Part shown: one piece after another, positions 12,371 to 25,420 of the stretch
Position numbering within the stretch: position 1 is the stretch's first letter
Layout: the number at the start of each line of letters is the position of its first letter
Assembly (NCBI RefSeq): GCF_009914755.1
Contig: NC_060942.1
Length of the DNA: 64,000 nucleotides
From: the human T2T-CHM13v2.0 reference genome, Homo sapiens
Strand: one strand, 5' to 3'
Translations under genes and position numbers: made by a program
Notes under the pieces: model-generated
Seen by the model: only the letters and a program-made list of their open reading frames with translations
What the model was told of the DNA's origin: nothing
Database searches by the model: none

Positions 12371-14314
12371 CACATGCACACAGACTACAGACACCACCTC
12401 CCTTGTTTAAAAAATCTCTTCATTGGTACAGTTTGCAGATCCTTCATTGAAAATAGATCTTTCTTTATCTTTCTCCCCCACGTCTGTTCTATCAAAATTT
12501 TACCAGCTTTAAGTCAACATGAAAAGTGTTTAACAGAATAGGGTTAAGAAAAGACTTCCAGGCTTGCCAAAAACTTTCTTTTCTCTAATAAAACTGGCCT
12601 AAAATTAAAGATGAAAGAAAAATATCCAGCTGCATTTCCCCCCTTGTAGGCATGCTTTGCCAAAATTGCATTAAAACATTTACTTAAAGCTTTCCTTGGT
12701 CATTTGCAGTTCTATCTTTTTGTTATGTATATAAAAAAATCCCTAAACTGTTGGATGGCAAAAGAAAGCCTTCAGTCTGGTGGATGGGCTGGAGTGCGTC
12801 CATTATCTAAGCAGGCTTAGACTCCTTGTGAAGATTTCCACATTATTTCCATAACTACTTATTTTTCTGTGCTGAAAAATTATTTTATAAGTCTGTTTAG
12901 TGTTGCAATGAATCTGTGAGCATAAACAGTATATTTAGTATTTATATATAGTGCTGCAATGTATTTGTGAGCCTAAATTGATGCTCAAGGTTTTTCAATT
13001 TCCTCTACTTTTGTCATTTAAAGAGTTCAGAGCAACTCAGTTTAGAACTAAATAGTTATCCATGTTTTTATCAAAGCTAATGAAAACCTTCTGCCACATT
13101 TATTGTTTTGTCTTTCCGATTTATTATTAAACATTTTAGGGTTATGGATGTTGGCTGTCCTTATTCTATCTATGAGAACCCCAGAATCTGAAATCAGAAA
13201 TGAAATGTGGGTGAATGAGAAAGCAGGTATATATGTGTGTGTGCATGAGTGCGTGTGTGTGACTGAATCTAAATATATTAAATGAGTTCTGTGAGATAGA
13301 TGATATAGAGAAAAGAGGAAGGGGGAGAGGAGTAATATGGAGGTGCACATTATGATAGCTCTATAATAAATCATTGCATATATGGTTTAATAATTGATGT
13401 CCATGATGATAATCTGAGATCGATAAGAAGACATATAATTATATTTTGTACACTGTTTATGATACCAAAAAAGTAATAGATTTTTGAATAAAGTCTTTCA
13501 AAATTAGCATAGGTAATTTTTTCTTAAACTCTTAACCATGTGGAAATACACCTTTGGCTCTTCAGAATGATTAATATTTGAAAATTTATTGTTTACTGAA
13601 GGTTATATCTTATATGTAATTCAACATATATTTAAAAAAATAAAAACAGTATATATACAATATTATAAATCATAAGTTTCCACTAAAATAAAATCATGCA
13701 CCAAGTTTTAAGGGTACTAATGCGTAAAATTTTAAATATAGTGGCTGATAAAAATGGAGCCTGATTTTTACAATTTCTGCTTTTTAAAATTAATGTAATG
13801 ATGCAAATTGCACTGGATAACCATTAGCATGCCATTCTGTATTTGTCCAGCTCCCTACTTTTAATTTGATGTTACACAGTGCTGTCAATTCAAAAACCAT
13901 TTAACCATGTCTAGATTGTGTTTAATGTAGGAGTCAATAATAGTGTCTCTGTGAGACTCTTCATGGGTAGAATATTTAAACTGTGTACATATTTTGTGAC
14001 ATATAGTGTGAGTGCTGAGAGGTATCTTGCTCTACTTTTTTTTTCTTAAATGTTCTGTTTAATGAGAGTGATGCAGTAGGGTGAGTTGCTGTATAGTTTA
14101 TTTTTAAATAGGTGAAGTGAGATTGCAGTATCTTTAAAGAATCAGCAAGAAAAAATGTTAAATTTTAAGCTAACCACAATTCTACAGAACCTATTCACCT
14201 GTTGCTTCACTGAGAAACTTTAATTAATTAATTTTTAAATATTCTATATACAATCTTTGCCAAATTAAAATTTAATAGGTTCTTTTTATAATTATATCAG
14301 TTGATGTCCCCTGG

Positions 14315-14700
14315 TGTATTAGTTTGTTAGCCTGACTGGGTGCAGTGTTCTAAACAACAGAAATTTATTTTCTCACCATTCTGGAGGCTGGCAGTTGGAG
14401 ATAAAGGCACCGGCTGGGCTGGTTTCCTTGGACGCCTCTGCTTAGCCTGAAGACGCTGCCCTCTTGGTGTCCTCACAAGACACCAAGACATGTTCACACC
14501 CGCTATCTCTCAATGTGTTCTAGAATCTTCTTCTTATAAGGATGGCAATCTGATTGGATGAGAGTATATCCTTACAGCCTCATTTTAAGTTATTTACCTC
14601 TGTAGAAGCCCTATCTCCAAATACAGTGACATTCTGAGGTAGTGGGTTTTAGTGTTTCAACATATGAATTTGGGGGGGAGGCACAATTCAATCCATAGCA
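14315..14700 (-). mobile_element. MLT1A/B MaLR solo LTR
   Basis: TGTATTAGTTTG...AAACAACAGAAATTTATTTTCTCACCATTCTGGAGGCTGG...ACAATTCAATCCATAGCA. Confidence 0.9.
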
Positions 14701-16149
14701 TGAGCTAAATAAACCGAAAGGCTTTAGTACTCAAATTTCTTGAACTCAATCTTCCCAGAATAAAACTTTAGAGAATAGTAGTCTCTATACACAAAAATAA
14801 ATAAATGAACAAATAAATATATAAATATAATCACACTTTTGAAAATATAATTGTAACTAGATTAACTTGATTTTAAGTTTACGTTGGATTGGATTAAGAA
14901 AAAGTAGACCTTGTATTAATCCCCTAAGTTGCCCCAGAAATTTTATTTTTGGGTAGAATTTATAGAGTAGTAGCTTAGCTTAATACAGGTACTCTACCAG
15001 TGACTAACATCATTTCTTCAACCTTGAGGGTTTTGAGTTTCTTCATCTGCAAATCAGGAGAATTAATATGAAGATCTCTAATAACCACTTTGTTATTATT
15101 GCACTGTGATTATTTAAAAACGACTTTACCTAAAACTCAATGTCACAATAAAATACATTTTTAAGTAACAGATTTAAATAATTTTATTATGAGGTCATAG
15201 GGAATTCCTTTGTAACTCGCTAACACACATGTACATAGGAAACATAAATTTCAGAGGTTCTACTTATGTCAACTTTTGGAAAAAAAGCTCATTTCAGACT
15301 AAGCCATCTTGTTTGAACTAACCAATTTCAAATGAAAAGGACATAGATTCGAAGTTTAAATTTCTGAGTATCTGGTAGTATTAGATTAAAACTCTGATAA
15401 AAGGATATTTATAGTTGTCATGTTTTTTGACTTTTAATAAACTATACATGTTCAAATAATATAAAATAACCTTAATGAATAAGTATAAACACATTTGTGG
15501 AAATGTATTTACCATTTGCCATTGAAATGAAATAAAATAAATCCATCACAACACTGGAAATCTGGGAATTGTGCTATTAATTAAAAAGGAAGAGTAAGGT
15601 GCCCTGTAAAATATATATCTAGTGGGATCAGACTGCTGGCAAAACTCTAAGAACTATGGATTTTCTGATACTCACTGAGTATAAGAGAGAAATTTTGAAA
15701 ACAGGAAGTTTTCCTAGAAAATCTTGGGACTCATCCCATGAATGGAGTCAGGTGCTTAGCTACACCATTAAAGGGCTATGAGAATCTCTGTATACCTCTT
15801 TGCAGAAAAAAATGACACTGCATTTTTAATTCTAGGTTAAAGCACTATAAGTACAACTATCTAAAGTAGAGTTTATTCCCAGGAAATTCCCAGGTGAGTC
15901 CTTGAAGCAGTTTCCTCCTATCCTCACTCTTGCCATGGGCCATGATACTGGCAGCTGGAAGACAAGTTATCTGCATATCCTAAAGAAAATCCTACTGAGC
16001 CTAATGTTTCCAATCCCTTGTTTCACTCTCCCTTTCCTGGAAAAATATCAATTCACTGCCAGGATAAAGAGATTTTTACCTTTACTAAGGCAGGAGAGTC
16101 TGTCTATCAATACTGATCATATTGATAGTTGATCAATTGGGATGCCCAA

Positions 16150-16900
16150 TCATAAATGTAAACAGAAAGCCCGGCCTTTTAGAAATCCAACAATGCTCTA
16201 AATTCAACAATAATGGCAAAACAAAATAAGTAACAACAGCTAACCTCAGAGATCATATAGAGAATATGGAAAATTATTATAAAAGAGCATAAATCTCAAG
16301 CATAAAATTATTATAAAAGAGAAACAAGTGGATTTTTTTGCAAATCAGAATATAGCATTCAAATATGTAAAATATATCTGGGCTGAATAATAGTTGAAAA
16401 TTCAAGGCAATCAGAGATTCTGAAGATAGCACAGAAGGATGATTTCAGGAAAGATATAAGACAAATAAATAAATAAGAAAAAGTGTATGTATATAAAATT
16501 AAGAGTCAAGAAGTTTAAAGTTAGTAGTTCCATAATTACTAATAGTTTATGATCAAATATTTAAAGAAGAAATTGCTAAGCTGAAAAAAAGTTTTCAGGT
16601 TGAAAATATTAACAGAATGCTAAACATGGATAAGAGAAGGATCAAAACAAAACAAACAAAGCACATTTTGGACAAAAATCAAGAAAATAAAAAAAAGTTC
16701 TCATTTTTTTCTGAAAGCATAAAAGTAAAAATAAAGGCAAACAAAAATGATTAGCTAAGGGAAGCAAATTAGACTGGGATCAGACTTTTAAAATGCAACA
16801 TCATTTTCTAGAACAAAATAAAATAATAAAAAATTTAAGATAGAGTTATTTCAAATCAAAAGCTGAATATTATTAAAATGAAGTGAAAGGTTTTTTTGTT
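16150..16900 (+). mobile_element. Ancient L1M/HAL1 ORF1-region remnant
   Basis: A-rich, with ATTAGACTGGGATCAGACTTT...GCAACA resembling the old L1 ORF1 C-terminus. Boundaries are approximate. Confidence 0.4.
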
Positions 16901-17458
16901 GCTTAAACATTGACCATTAATGAATTATTGACAAAGTAGAAAGGTTAACCCCCAAATGTATAATATTTATTTTCTAAAAAGTATTTTTTATATTTTTCTT
17001 GCCTTGGGTCAACAATAATGTTTAAAAATACAGAAAACTATGTGGTAAAAGAAAGTGTGATGAACACAAAAGGAAAACTGTTTAAATGAGAGTTTTCGAT
17101 TGAGAGGAAAAGTGACAAAAACTTTAGTTACTAATTCCAATGTAACTCCTCCAAATAATAAAAACATCAAATCTTTCATTGTAAAAATGGTATTATTGAC
17201 AAAGAAGAGTTATTTTAAGAAAGAAAAAAATGCCAAGAAACAAAAGCTTCCTAAATACTGAACCTTTTACAGACTTTAAGAAATAGGCCACAGCTATTAT
17301 TAATCTAGGGGAGGAAGTCCCTGATTTGATAAAATCAGTGATAAAAGAAATCTAAAAGAAACCTAAACACGCTAGCAACTTCTCTGTAAGTGTGAAGTTA
17401 TAAACTTAATAATGTTTTTTAAAGAGAACTAAGCAGAAACTAGCCTACTATTGAAATA

Positions 17459-17650
17459 TTGAAGATAGTTGCAATTCTTTTAATGATGAATATCTTAGAC
17501 AAGTCCATCAGTCTCCGTGGTTATCAATAACACTTTTGAAACTTCATTATGTGCCAAATGTTGAAAATGGTTGCATTTCTTTTATTGCTGAATATCCTAG
17601 ACAAGCCTATCAGCCTCAGTGGTTATTAATAACACTTATTAAAACTTTAT
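17459..17650 (+). repeat. ~102-bp tandem duplication (copy 2 interrupted by an Alu)
   Basis: Copies start at 17459 and 17561 and share GAATATC.TAGACAAG.C.ATCAG.CTC.GTGGTTAT.AATAACAC. Confidence 0.88.
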
Positions 17651-17948
17651 GGCCCGGCGCAGTGGCTCACGCCTGTAATCCCAACATTTTGGGAGGCCGA
17701 GGCTTGTGGATCACCTGAGGTCAGGAGTTCAAGACAAGCCTGGCCAACATGGTGAAACCCATCTCTACTAAAAATACAAAAATTAGCTGGGCATGGTGGT
17801 GGGTACCTGTAATCCCAGCTACTTGGGAGGCTGAGGCAGAAGAATCACTTGAACTGGGAGGTGGAGGTTGCAGTGAGCTGAGATTGCGTCACTGCACTCC
17901 AGCCTGAGAGAAAATACTGAGACTCAGTCTCAAAAAACAAAACAAAAC
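17651..17948 (+). mobile_element. AluS, full length
   Basis: Dimeric Alu with a CAAAA tail. TSD AAACTTTAT at 17642-17650 and 17949-17957. Confidence 0.97.
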
Positions 17949-18309
17949 AAACTTTATTATGTGTCAGACTGTATGCAGGGTTCATATAGAGGATTTTATT
18001 TTATCCTGTGGTAGTAGCTATTGTACTCTTTCATTAATGGGAATATTGAAGCTTATAAAAATTAAATAATTAGGCCAAATCACAAAACTAGATGAGAAAA
18101 CTCGGTTGAACCCAGATAGTTAACCACAGAAAGTTATAAATTAAAATTTTTTTTTAAAATACCAAGTAAAAATCACAAGTTGTGGAAAAACACATACAGT
18201 TATGCTGTTTTGTTAAATACATAGAAGTATATAAAGCATACGTATATTTATATATGTACATATGTATGTGTATGTATATGTGTATCTCATGGTCTTTCCT
18301 GTTTGCAGA

Positions 18310-18448
18310 GACAACTAATTAACATGAGCAAGCCCATCTGGGATCAGCAGAGTTAGCAGAAATAACCTTCAAAGCCTGAGAAATATTTATTATTTTACCC
18401 CACTGTATTTGGTAGTGGTTAATTATGCAGCAATAGCTACCTGATACA
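18310..18448 (+). mobile_element. Old MLT1 LTR 3' fragment
   Basis: Ends TTATGCAGCAATAGCTACCTGATACA. Confidence 0.6.
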
Positions 18449-18734
18449 GAACATTTGCACTTAGTGATTGGAGGCCAGGAATTCTAAACAATGGAGAATT
18501 GTCCCATCCATGTGCCTATAATATTTATTGAAAAATACTGAATGACTCCTACCTATGACGAAGTGGTAAGAAAGAAAGTGTCCCTGATGGCTAATTGTTC
18601 ACACTTGAATTCTAGAATTCAAGATACGTAATTTTCAGTTAGCACATGGTGATCTTTACTTAGGAATTGGCAACTGAGATTTTTCAAACCAAAGGGCAAT
18701 TAAGTAACTCTTATTCCAAAGCTCAGGCCAATCT

Positions 18735-19368
<634 letters not shown>

Positions 19369-20169
19369 TGTCAGGCCAATCTCTAAAGAGGAAAAAAAAA
19401 ATAAACATGCTTCTCTGTTCTCCCCAGTTTTTACGTCACTAGCTAGTAGTAATTCAAGCTCAAGAAAACTCATTGGTTTAGAGTTGTGCAACTGTAATGC
19501 AATAAAGAGATAGCCATGGGCTTGAAAAGGGCAAAGTGTCTGGTAGCTAAGGGCTCATATTGGGTATTCTGCAGCTGTCCGGAAACGTAACGACTGAGAG
19601 TAGATTGTAGATTTCCCACCAGAGCTTCAGTGGCAGAACCAGATTCAGAATTGCAGAACTGACAACACCCCTCCCATCACCCTCTGGCTTATTGTGGGTC
19701 TTTGGGCTGAATATTTTAAAGCCTTTTAAAGAGAGAGTTAATTAAGACCTCATAAGTATTTATAAGAAGAAGATAATAAAAGGAATATAAGTTTCCCATA
19801 GTTGAAAAAGAGACAAGCAATATGCTGGTTATTATTACTACAATTTAAGGGTCCAAGCCTTGCAGATTGCTTTTACTCCACTGAGAACCTCGTTTCTCAG
19901 CTCTACAGGTTCAGAAATTTTATGTTGGACAGATTGATTTGGTTTCCTCAAATGCACTGTTATTAAATTCACAGAAAACAGAAACGCTAGAGAAGTAAAT
20001 GGATTAAAGTACAATGAAGACATAACAAGGTCAAAACGAATTAATCCCATCAATGGTCCATGCATTTTTTTGTCCAGTAGAGAAATATATGTGGGAAACC
20101 AGAGTAATACAAATATAGGTTACTTGATTAATATGAAATACAGTGAATACTGTAAATGCTTGTTAGTTC

Positions 20170-20360
20170 CAGTCAGTGTTTTAATGCCCAACTTGTATAC
20201 ATCTAATCAATCCTCATAACAACACCATGAGCCAGGGTCTATTATTATTTTTAAAAATGAGAAAGTCAGGTTAAATACCTTGTCCAAAATCACAGTGCTA
20301 AGAAATGGCAAAGCTAGGGTAACTCGTAAGTCAGATTCCTGAATCTGCACTTCTAACTAT
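20170..20360 (-). mobile_element. MIR
   Basis: AATCCTCATAACAACACCATGAG...AAATGAGAAAGTCAGGTTAAATACCTTGTCCAAAATCACA resembles the MIR core. Confidence 0.7.
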
Positions 20361-21592
20361 TCTTGAATAAGACTTAGTTGATATGGAGAATTATTTAATT
20401 AGGTTAGACCAGCTCGTGGAACTACTTTGTTTTTACTAGGTTCTTATCTCCACAGTGGTGATGCGTGATGTGACAGAAACCGCTGGTTGTCTACTCACTA
20501 CCAACTCTCTCTGTCTTATTAAAATAAATCTAGTTTTCTTTGGAATAGCACTGTGCTCATCTGAAACACTGCATTCCCAGCATCCTTTGCAGAACAGTAG
20601 CCTGGCGACACACTTTGACCAATGAGAATTAAATCTATATGCTGGGCCTTTTTCAGAAAGTTTTGCTTTCCTCACGTAGCTTCCTTTTCTTGTTATTCTT
20701 TTTCTCCTACCTGAAATAGAGAAGTAAAATGGTAGTTGGAAAAGCTATTTTAAGAAAATGAGAATACTTCAACTTGGCTGTCTTGAATAGCACTACAATG
20801 AAGATAGGAGGGCAGACATCTCCTGGACACAGACTTCAAGTCTTTGGGTAAATAGCCAGAAACGGGATTGCTGGATCATATGGTAGTTCTATTTTTAGTT
20901 TTTGAGAAACCTTCACAGTTTTCCATAATGGCTGTACTGATTTACATTCAATACAAGGGCCCCCTTCGCTCCATATTTTCACTAACTATTATCTTTTTTT
21001 CTTTTTGATAATAGCCACTCATAGGTGTGAGGTGGTATTTCATTGTGCTTTTAATTTGCATTTTCCTACTGACTAGGGATGTTGAACAGTGTTTTCATGT
21101 ATCTGTTGGTAATTTGTATGTCTTCTTTGGGGAAATGTCTATTCAGGTTTCTTGCTCATTTTTTAGTCAAATTATTTATTTTCTTTTTAGCGGGTTGTTT
21201 GAGAACAGATGAATGGAGAAAATGTGGTATATATACACACAATGAAATAGTAGTCAGACTTAAAGAAAAAATGTATAAATTGCAACATGTTTGGTATTGG
21301 AGAACATTATTCTAAATGAAATAAGCCAGGCAAATACTGCATGTTTTCACTTATATATATGGAATCTAAAACAATCAAACTCAAAGAAGCAGAATGATGG
21401 TTATCAGAGTCTGAGTGAGTAGGGAAATTGGGGAGATGATTGTCAAAAGGTACAAAGCCTCAGTTAGACAGAAGGACTAAGGTATTTTTTATTTGAGATG
21501 CATTGCACAGCATGACGAATATAGTAAATAATAATGAATTGTACATTTCTAAATCACTAAGTTTCAAATGTTCTCCCCACGGAAATGATAAC

Positions 21593-22051
21593 TTTCACTT
21601 GCATCCATGTGAAGAGAACACCAAACAGGCTTTGTGTGAGCAACGAGGCTATTTATTTCACCTGGGTGCAGGTGGGCTGGGTCTGAAAAGAGAGTCAGTG
21701 AAGGGAGATAGGGGTGGGGCCGTTTTATAAGATTTGGGTAGGTGAAGGAAAATTACAGTCAAAGGGGGGTTGTTCTCTGGTGGGCAGGAGTGGGGGTCAC
21801 AAGGTGCTCAGTGGGGGAGCTTTTTGAGCCAGCATGAGCCAGGAAAAGGAATTTCACAAGGTAATGTCATCAGTTAAGGCAAGGACCGGCCATTTTCACT
21901 TCTTTTGTGGTAGAATGTCATCAGTTAAGGCAGGAACAGGCCATTTAAATTTCACTTCTTTTGCGATTCTTCAGTTACTTCAGGCCATCTGGACGTATAC
22001 ATGCAGGTCACAGCGGATATGATGGCTTAGCTTGGGCTCAGAGGCCTGACA
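21593..22051 (-). mobile_element. LTR7 (HERV-H) solo LTR
   Basis: Reverse strand reads TGTCAGGCCTCTGAGCCCAAGCTAAGCCATC...GTGAAA. Perfect 5-bp TSD ATAAC at 21588-21592 and 22052-22056. Confidence 0.97.
21723..21729 (-). promoter_or_regulatory. LTR7 TATA box (TATAAAA), with AATAAA at 21652-21657 on the same strand
   Basis: The motifs sit at their expected LTR positions. Activity is not shown by the sequence. Confidence 0.6.
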
Positions 22052-25000
22052 ATAACTATTTGAAGTAATGAGTATGATAATTAGCTTTACTTAATTATTG
22101 CACATTGTGTTATAAACTATAACATCACTTTGTACCCCATAAATATATACAACTATAATTTGTCAATTTATAATTAAAAATAAAAATAAAGAAAATGAGG
22201 ATAAAAACCATACCATAACAATGACATCGATGGAGAACAGGGTGACCTGGGAGATTAATGATAGGATAGAGGTGTTATAAAGGCCTCTGCTGCTTTTGTT
22301 TTTGACTACCTGTTATGTAAAAATTAAGTAACTTCCAATTTAGTTATTACTTTATAGGCAGATAATGTTGGGTCCCTCATCTGACTGTGGAGAGTTAGAA
22401 CTCTGCTTGCTTTTATTACTGTTGCAGCTTACGAATCTAAAACTCTGCCAGAACGATAGTAATTGCTCAAAAATATTTTGAGCATTTCAATGCATAAATG
22501 AGTTTGAATAGACATTGTCACGAAAAGAACCCAGTTCCACCACTATTGTGGTCACTAAAAACAACCACTGACAGAGAAGGGGCACAGTTCTGCAAATCAC
22601 TGGATCCATTGCCAAGGTCAGCTGTGGTTACCATTGGGAGCCATGGGTATTGAGAGAACAATAGGGAAGGCCTGTTAGCAGTAAGAGGTAGCAAAAAACG
22701 GGGCTGTTGATTTTTAGTGGGAGGATCTTTTAGTGTTAAGCTGGATAGTATTTTTGTCTGGGATTTTTTTGGCGAGTTCTACTATTTCATAAGCAGTCAC
22801 CTTTGTCATTTAGAGGGAGGAACAGATATTTAATCCTTCAATATATTTCATACTTACATAAGGTAAGAAAAACTACACTTTATTTTGCAACTAATATGCC
22901 CCATGCACTTTTCTTATGTCCTCTTTTATAATCCTCATAAGGCAGATTATGTACTTTTCAGTTTATTGATTAGGAATTTGAGGCTCCAAGTTAAGGTCAT
23001 GTGGCTAGTAAGAGGAGTATCTTGATGTGAAACCCACACTGTGGAATTTAATACCCACATCCTCAAACAGTTTACCGGCATCCTCACAGCTCTCGTGAGG
23101 TAATCTGTTAAGGCCAGAGGGCCATACACATTGGACATGGACTCAGGACAACCAAAAGGCCTACTTGTGCGAAGCTTGTTCCAGTTCTGTTTGTTTGAAA
23201 TAGTGGGAAGAGACTCATGCACAGATGGCTGCATTTGCTTACCCCGACATACTACTCTATACATGAAGTACTGTCAGATTGCCAGGAATAATATATTATA
23301 CCCAACAAACGGTAGTCTTTCGTGGTATAGAGACTAATTGAAAATGGTTGTGATTTTTCATCAGGGGAACTCTAGAATAATTCTCTCATATTTAATGTTT
23401 TCCATGTTTTAATTTGATTGCCAGTACTTATTTATTCTTCAAGTTAGTTTTGTAGTTTTTCCCTCTGCATTTTGTCTTGAACTTTGTATTTAAATTGAAT
23501 GCTTTCTCATGATATGTCCAGGTAGTCAGTTCTCCATCCTTTTCTGACTGCATTTAGGACATTTCAACACATCTGAAGATTTAGACTCACACGAGACTCT
23601 AGGCCAATCCTGACCTTAGAAAAATAGGAAATAATGAACAGCTTATTACGGGGACATCATGGTCAGGTTTCCATGACTAATAACCATTCAAATTATTGTG
23701 ACCCAAATTCCACACCTGGGAGACTCTCATATTCTCAAGACCCATTCTAATGTATATTCTAGTTTTAATAACTGGGCTATTGCCTAGTTTTGTTTTTGTC
23801 TTCGGTTAATTATTGTGTCTACGTCCCTACATATGTGTATTAGTAGCCTATTCTGTGATAATGTGGATCTTGTCTTTCTTTCTATCTTCAGTCTATTAGA
23901 TGGGTGCCCAGGGCCCTCTTATCTGCTGACAGACTACCTAGTCACAGGCATTAGCTAGCTAGCTTGTCTCTCTAATTCTACTTTCTCTGAGGTTCTCCAT
24001 TGCTTTGACCTGTCTACCTGTCAAGTTGATCCTTTCCTTGTATTGAACTCTTCAAGATAATTAAGCACCAAACCACAAATGTGCCTGCAATAATAAAGGT
24101 TAGAATATAAAAGCGTAGCAGGGTTCAATAATAACAACAGTGTCTCGAAGTACTGCTCTAATAGGAATCTCTGTTTTGGTTTATTTCATACTCCCTCTTT
24201 CTAGATCACAAAAAGACAACAGCATAAAGTAAATTGAAAACTCTATTAGAGAAACACAGCACCTGGGGGAAAAACATGGCTTTAAAAGAACAGAGAAAAG
24301 GCCATTGAAGTCCGTCTTGCTGACCCCTTTTAGATTATCAGTGTTGCACTTTATTTGAGGACTGTCTTGAGGATACGAAGGAAACATTCACTTTGCATGA
24401 GGGACTCTGGGAATTTAGGGGTGCAAAATCAATCATAAAACCAAACGGTATTACCAAATGAAAGCATAAACATAAAATGAGATATAATCCAACAGGGAAC
24501 CCCAAGAAAGAATCTTAGAAATAATTGAAGCTAAGCCCGAGGGAAACAAAACATAATGCCTACAGAAGAACGGGTTACGTTGTCACAAATAAAATCTGAT
24601 CAAAATAGAAAACAGAACAAATCGCTAAAAAGGGTAAAATGTGTTGGTGTTGGCAAAAAGCAGGTTAAAGACATCTTAACTCAGGGAAGAAAACAGACTT
24701 AGTTCAGCTTTCATGAAAAGACCTTTGCTGACGCAGCACTAAAGTAAATGAATGGAGGAGCACAGCAAAAGAAGAAAAGGGAAGGTACGTGTTACTGGAC
24801 AATAAAAGGTTGGAAATGGTCTGTATAACATCCCTTTTGTTCTTTTTAATTATATGCATTCATCTTCTAATTTTGTTAGTACAAATTTATTGCTGGCTTA
24901 GTGGAAACCTAAGTTTCCTTAGAGATTAAATTGATATACTATGAAAAACATATTTTTGTGAATAATGTACATCTCCTTTTATAATCATGAAAAAATCCAT

Positions 25001-25319
25001 GACAACATGAAGAAAATTGTCCAATTTCTGTGTATTTCACAACAGGCTACATTTGCAAGTCATATTTATACTGCCTCATTCTTAGAAAAATGGCATTTCT
25101 CCTCAACAAACATTATCTAGCAGAAACGTTCTTAGTACTTTAAGAGGTGTAGGAAAAGGCACAGTCAGGTTAAGTGGCAATAAGAAAACAATTCTGGGTA
25201 TTTCAGGAAATGAAATCTCAATTTCTTGGCTTCTGGCCAGGTTTCTCAAGGGTAATGCTTTCTAGAAAAAAATTAAATCTAATTTGAAAAGGTATCAAAA
25301 CAGAAAATATCTTTGGGCT

Positions 25320-25420
25320 GAGAACTGGGACGCTACTCTGGTCTCAGCATTGATTAGGGATGCGACCTTGGGCAAGTTACTGGCCTCTTCTCTCTGAGAT
25401 TCCTAATTTGCAAAACAAGT
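25320..25420 (+). mobile_element. MIR fragment
   Basis: Core GACCTTGGGCAAGTTAC. Confidence 0.65.

Larger units (their letters stand above)
20767..22188 (+). mobile_element. L1MA-type insertion with a 5' inversion (20767-21203 antisense, 21204-22188 sense)
   Basis: 15-bp TSD AAGAAAATGAG(A/G)ATA at 20752-20766 and 22189-22203. L1MA-type 3' end with an A-rich tail. Confidence 0.9.
20469..22350 (+). mobile_element. MLT1J-like MaLR LTR, split by an L1 (parts 20469-20766 and ~22189-22350)
   Basis: TGTGACAGAAACCGCTGGTTGTCTAC...CATTCCCAGCATCCTTTGCAG...TTTGACCAATGAGA. Confidence 0.65.

Noticed and set aside
12898-12977. Repeat-spacer-repeat pattern as a CRISPR-like array
   Set aside because: There are only two degenerate copies, in a primate context, with no cas genes.
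22464-22484. 9-bp inverted repeat TGCTCAAAA-ATA-TTTTGAGCA
   Set aside because: It is short, AT-rich, inside an L2-like end, and plausible by chance.
22516-22820. Possible old LTR starting TGTCACG
   Set aside because: I could not identify a family, a matching end or a TSD.
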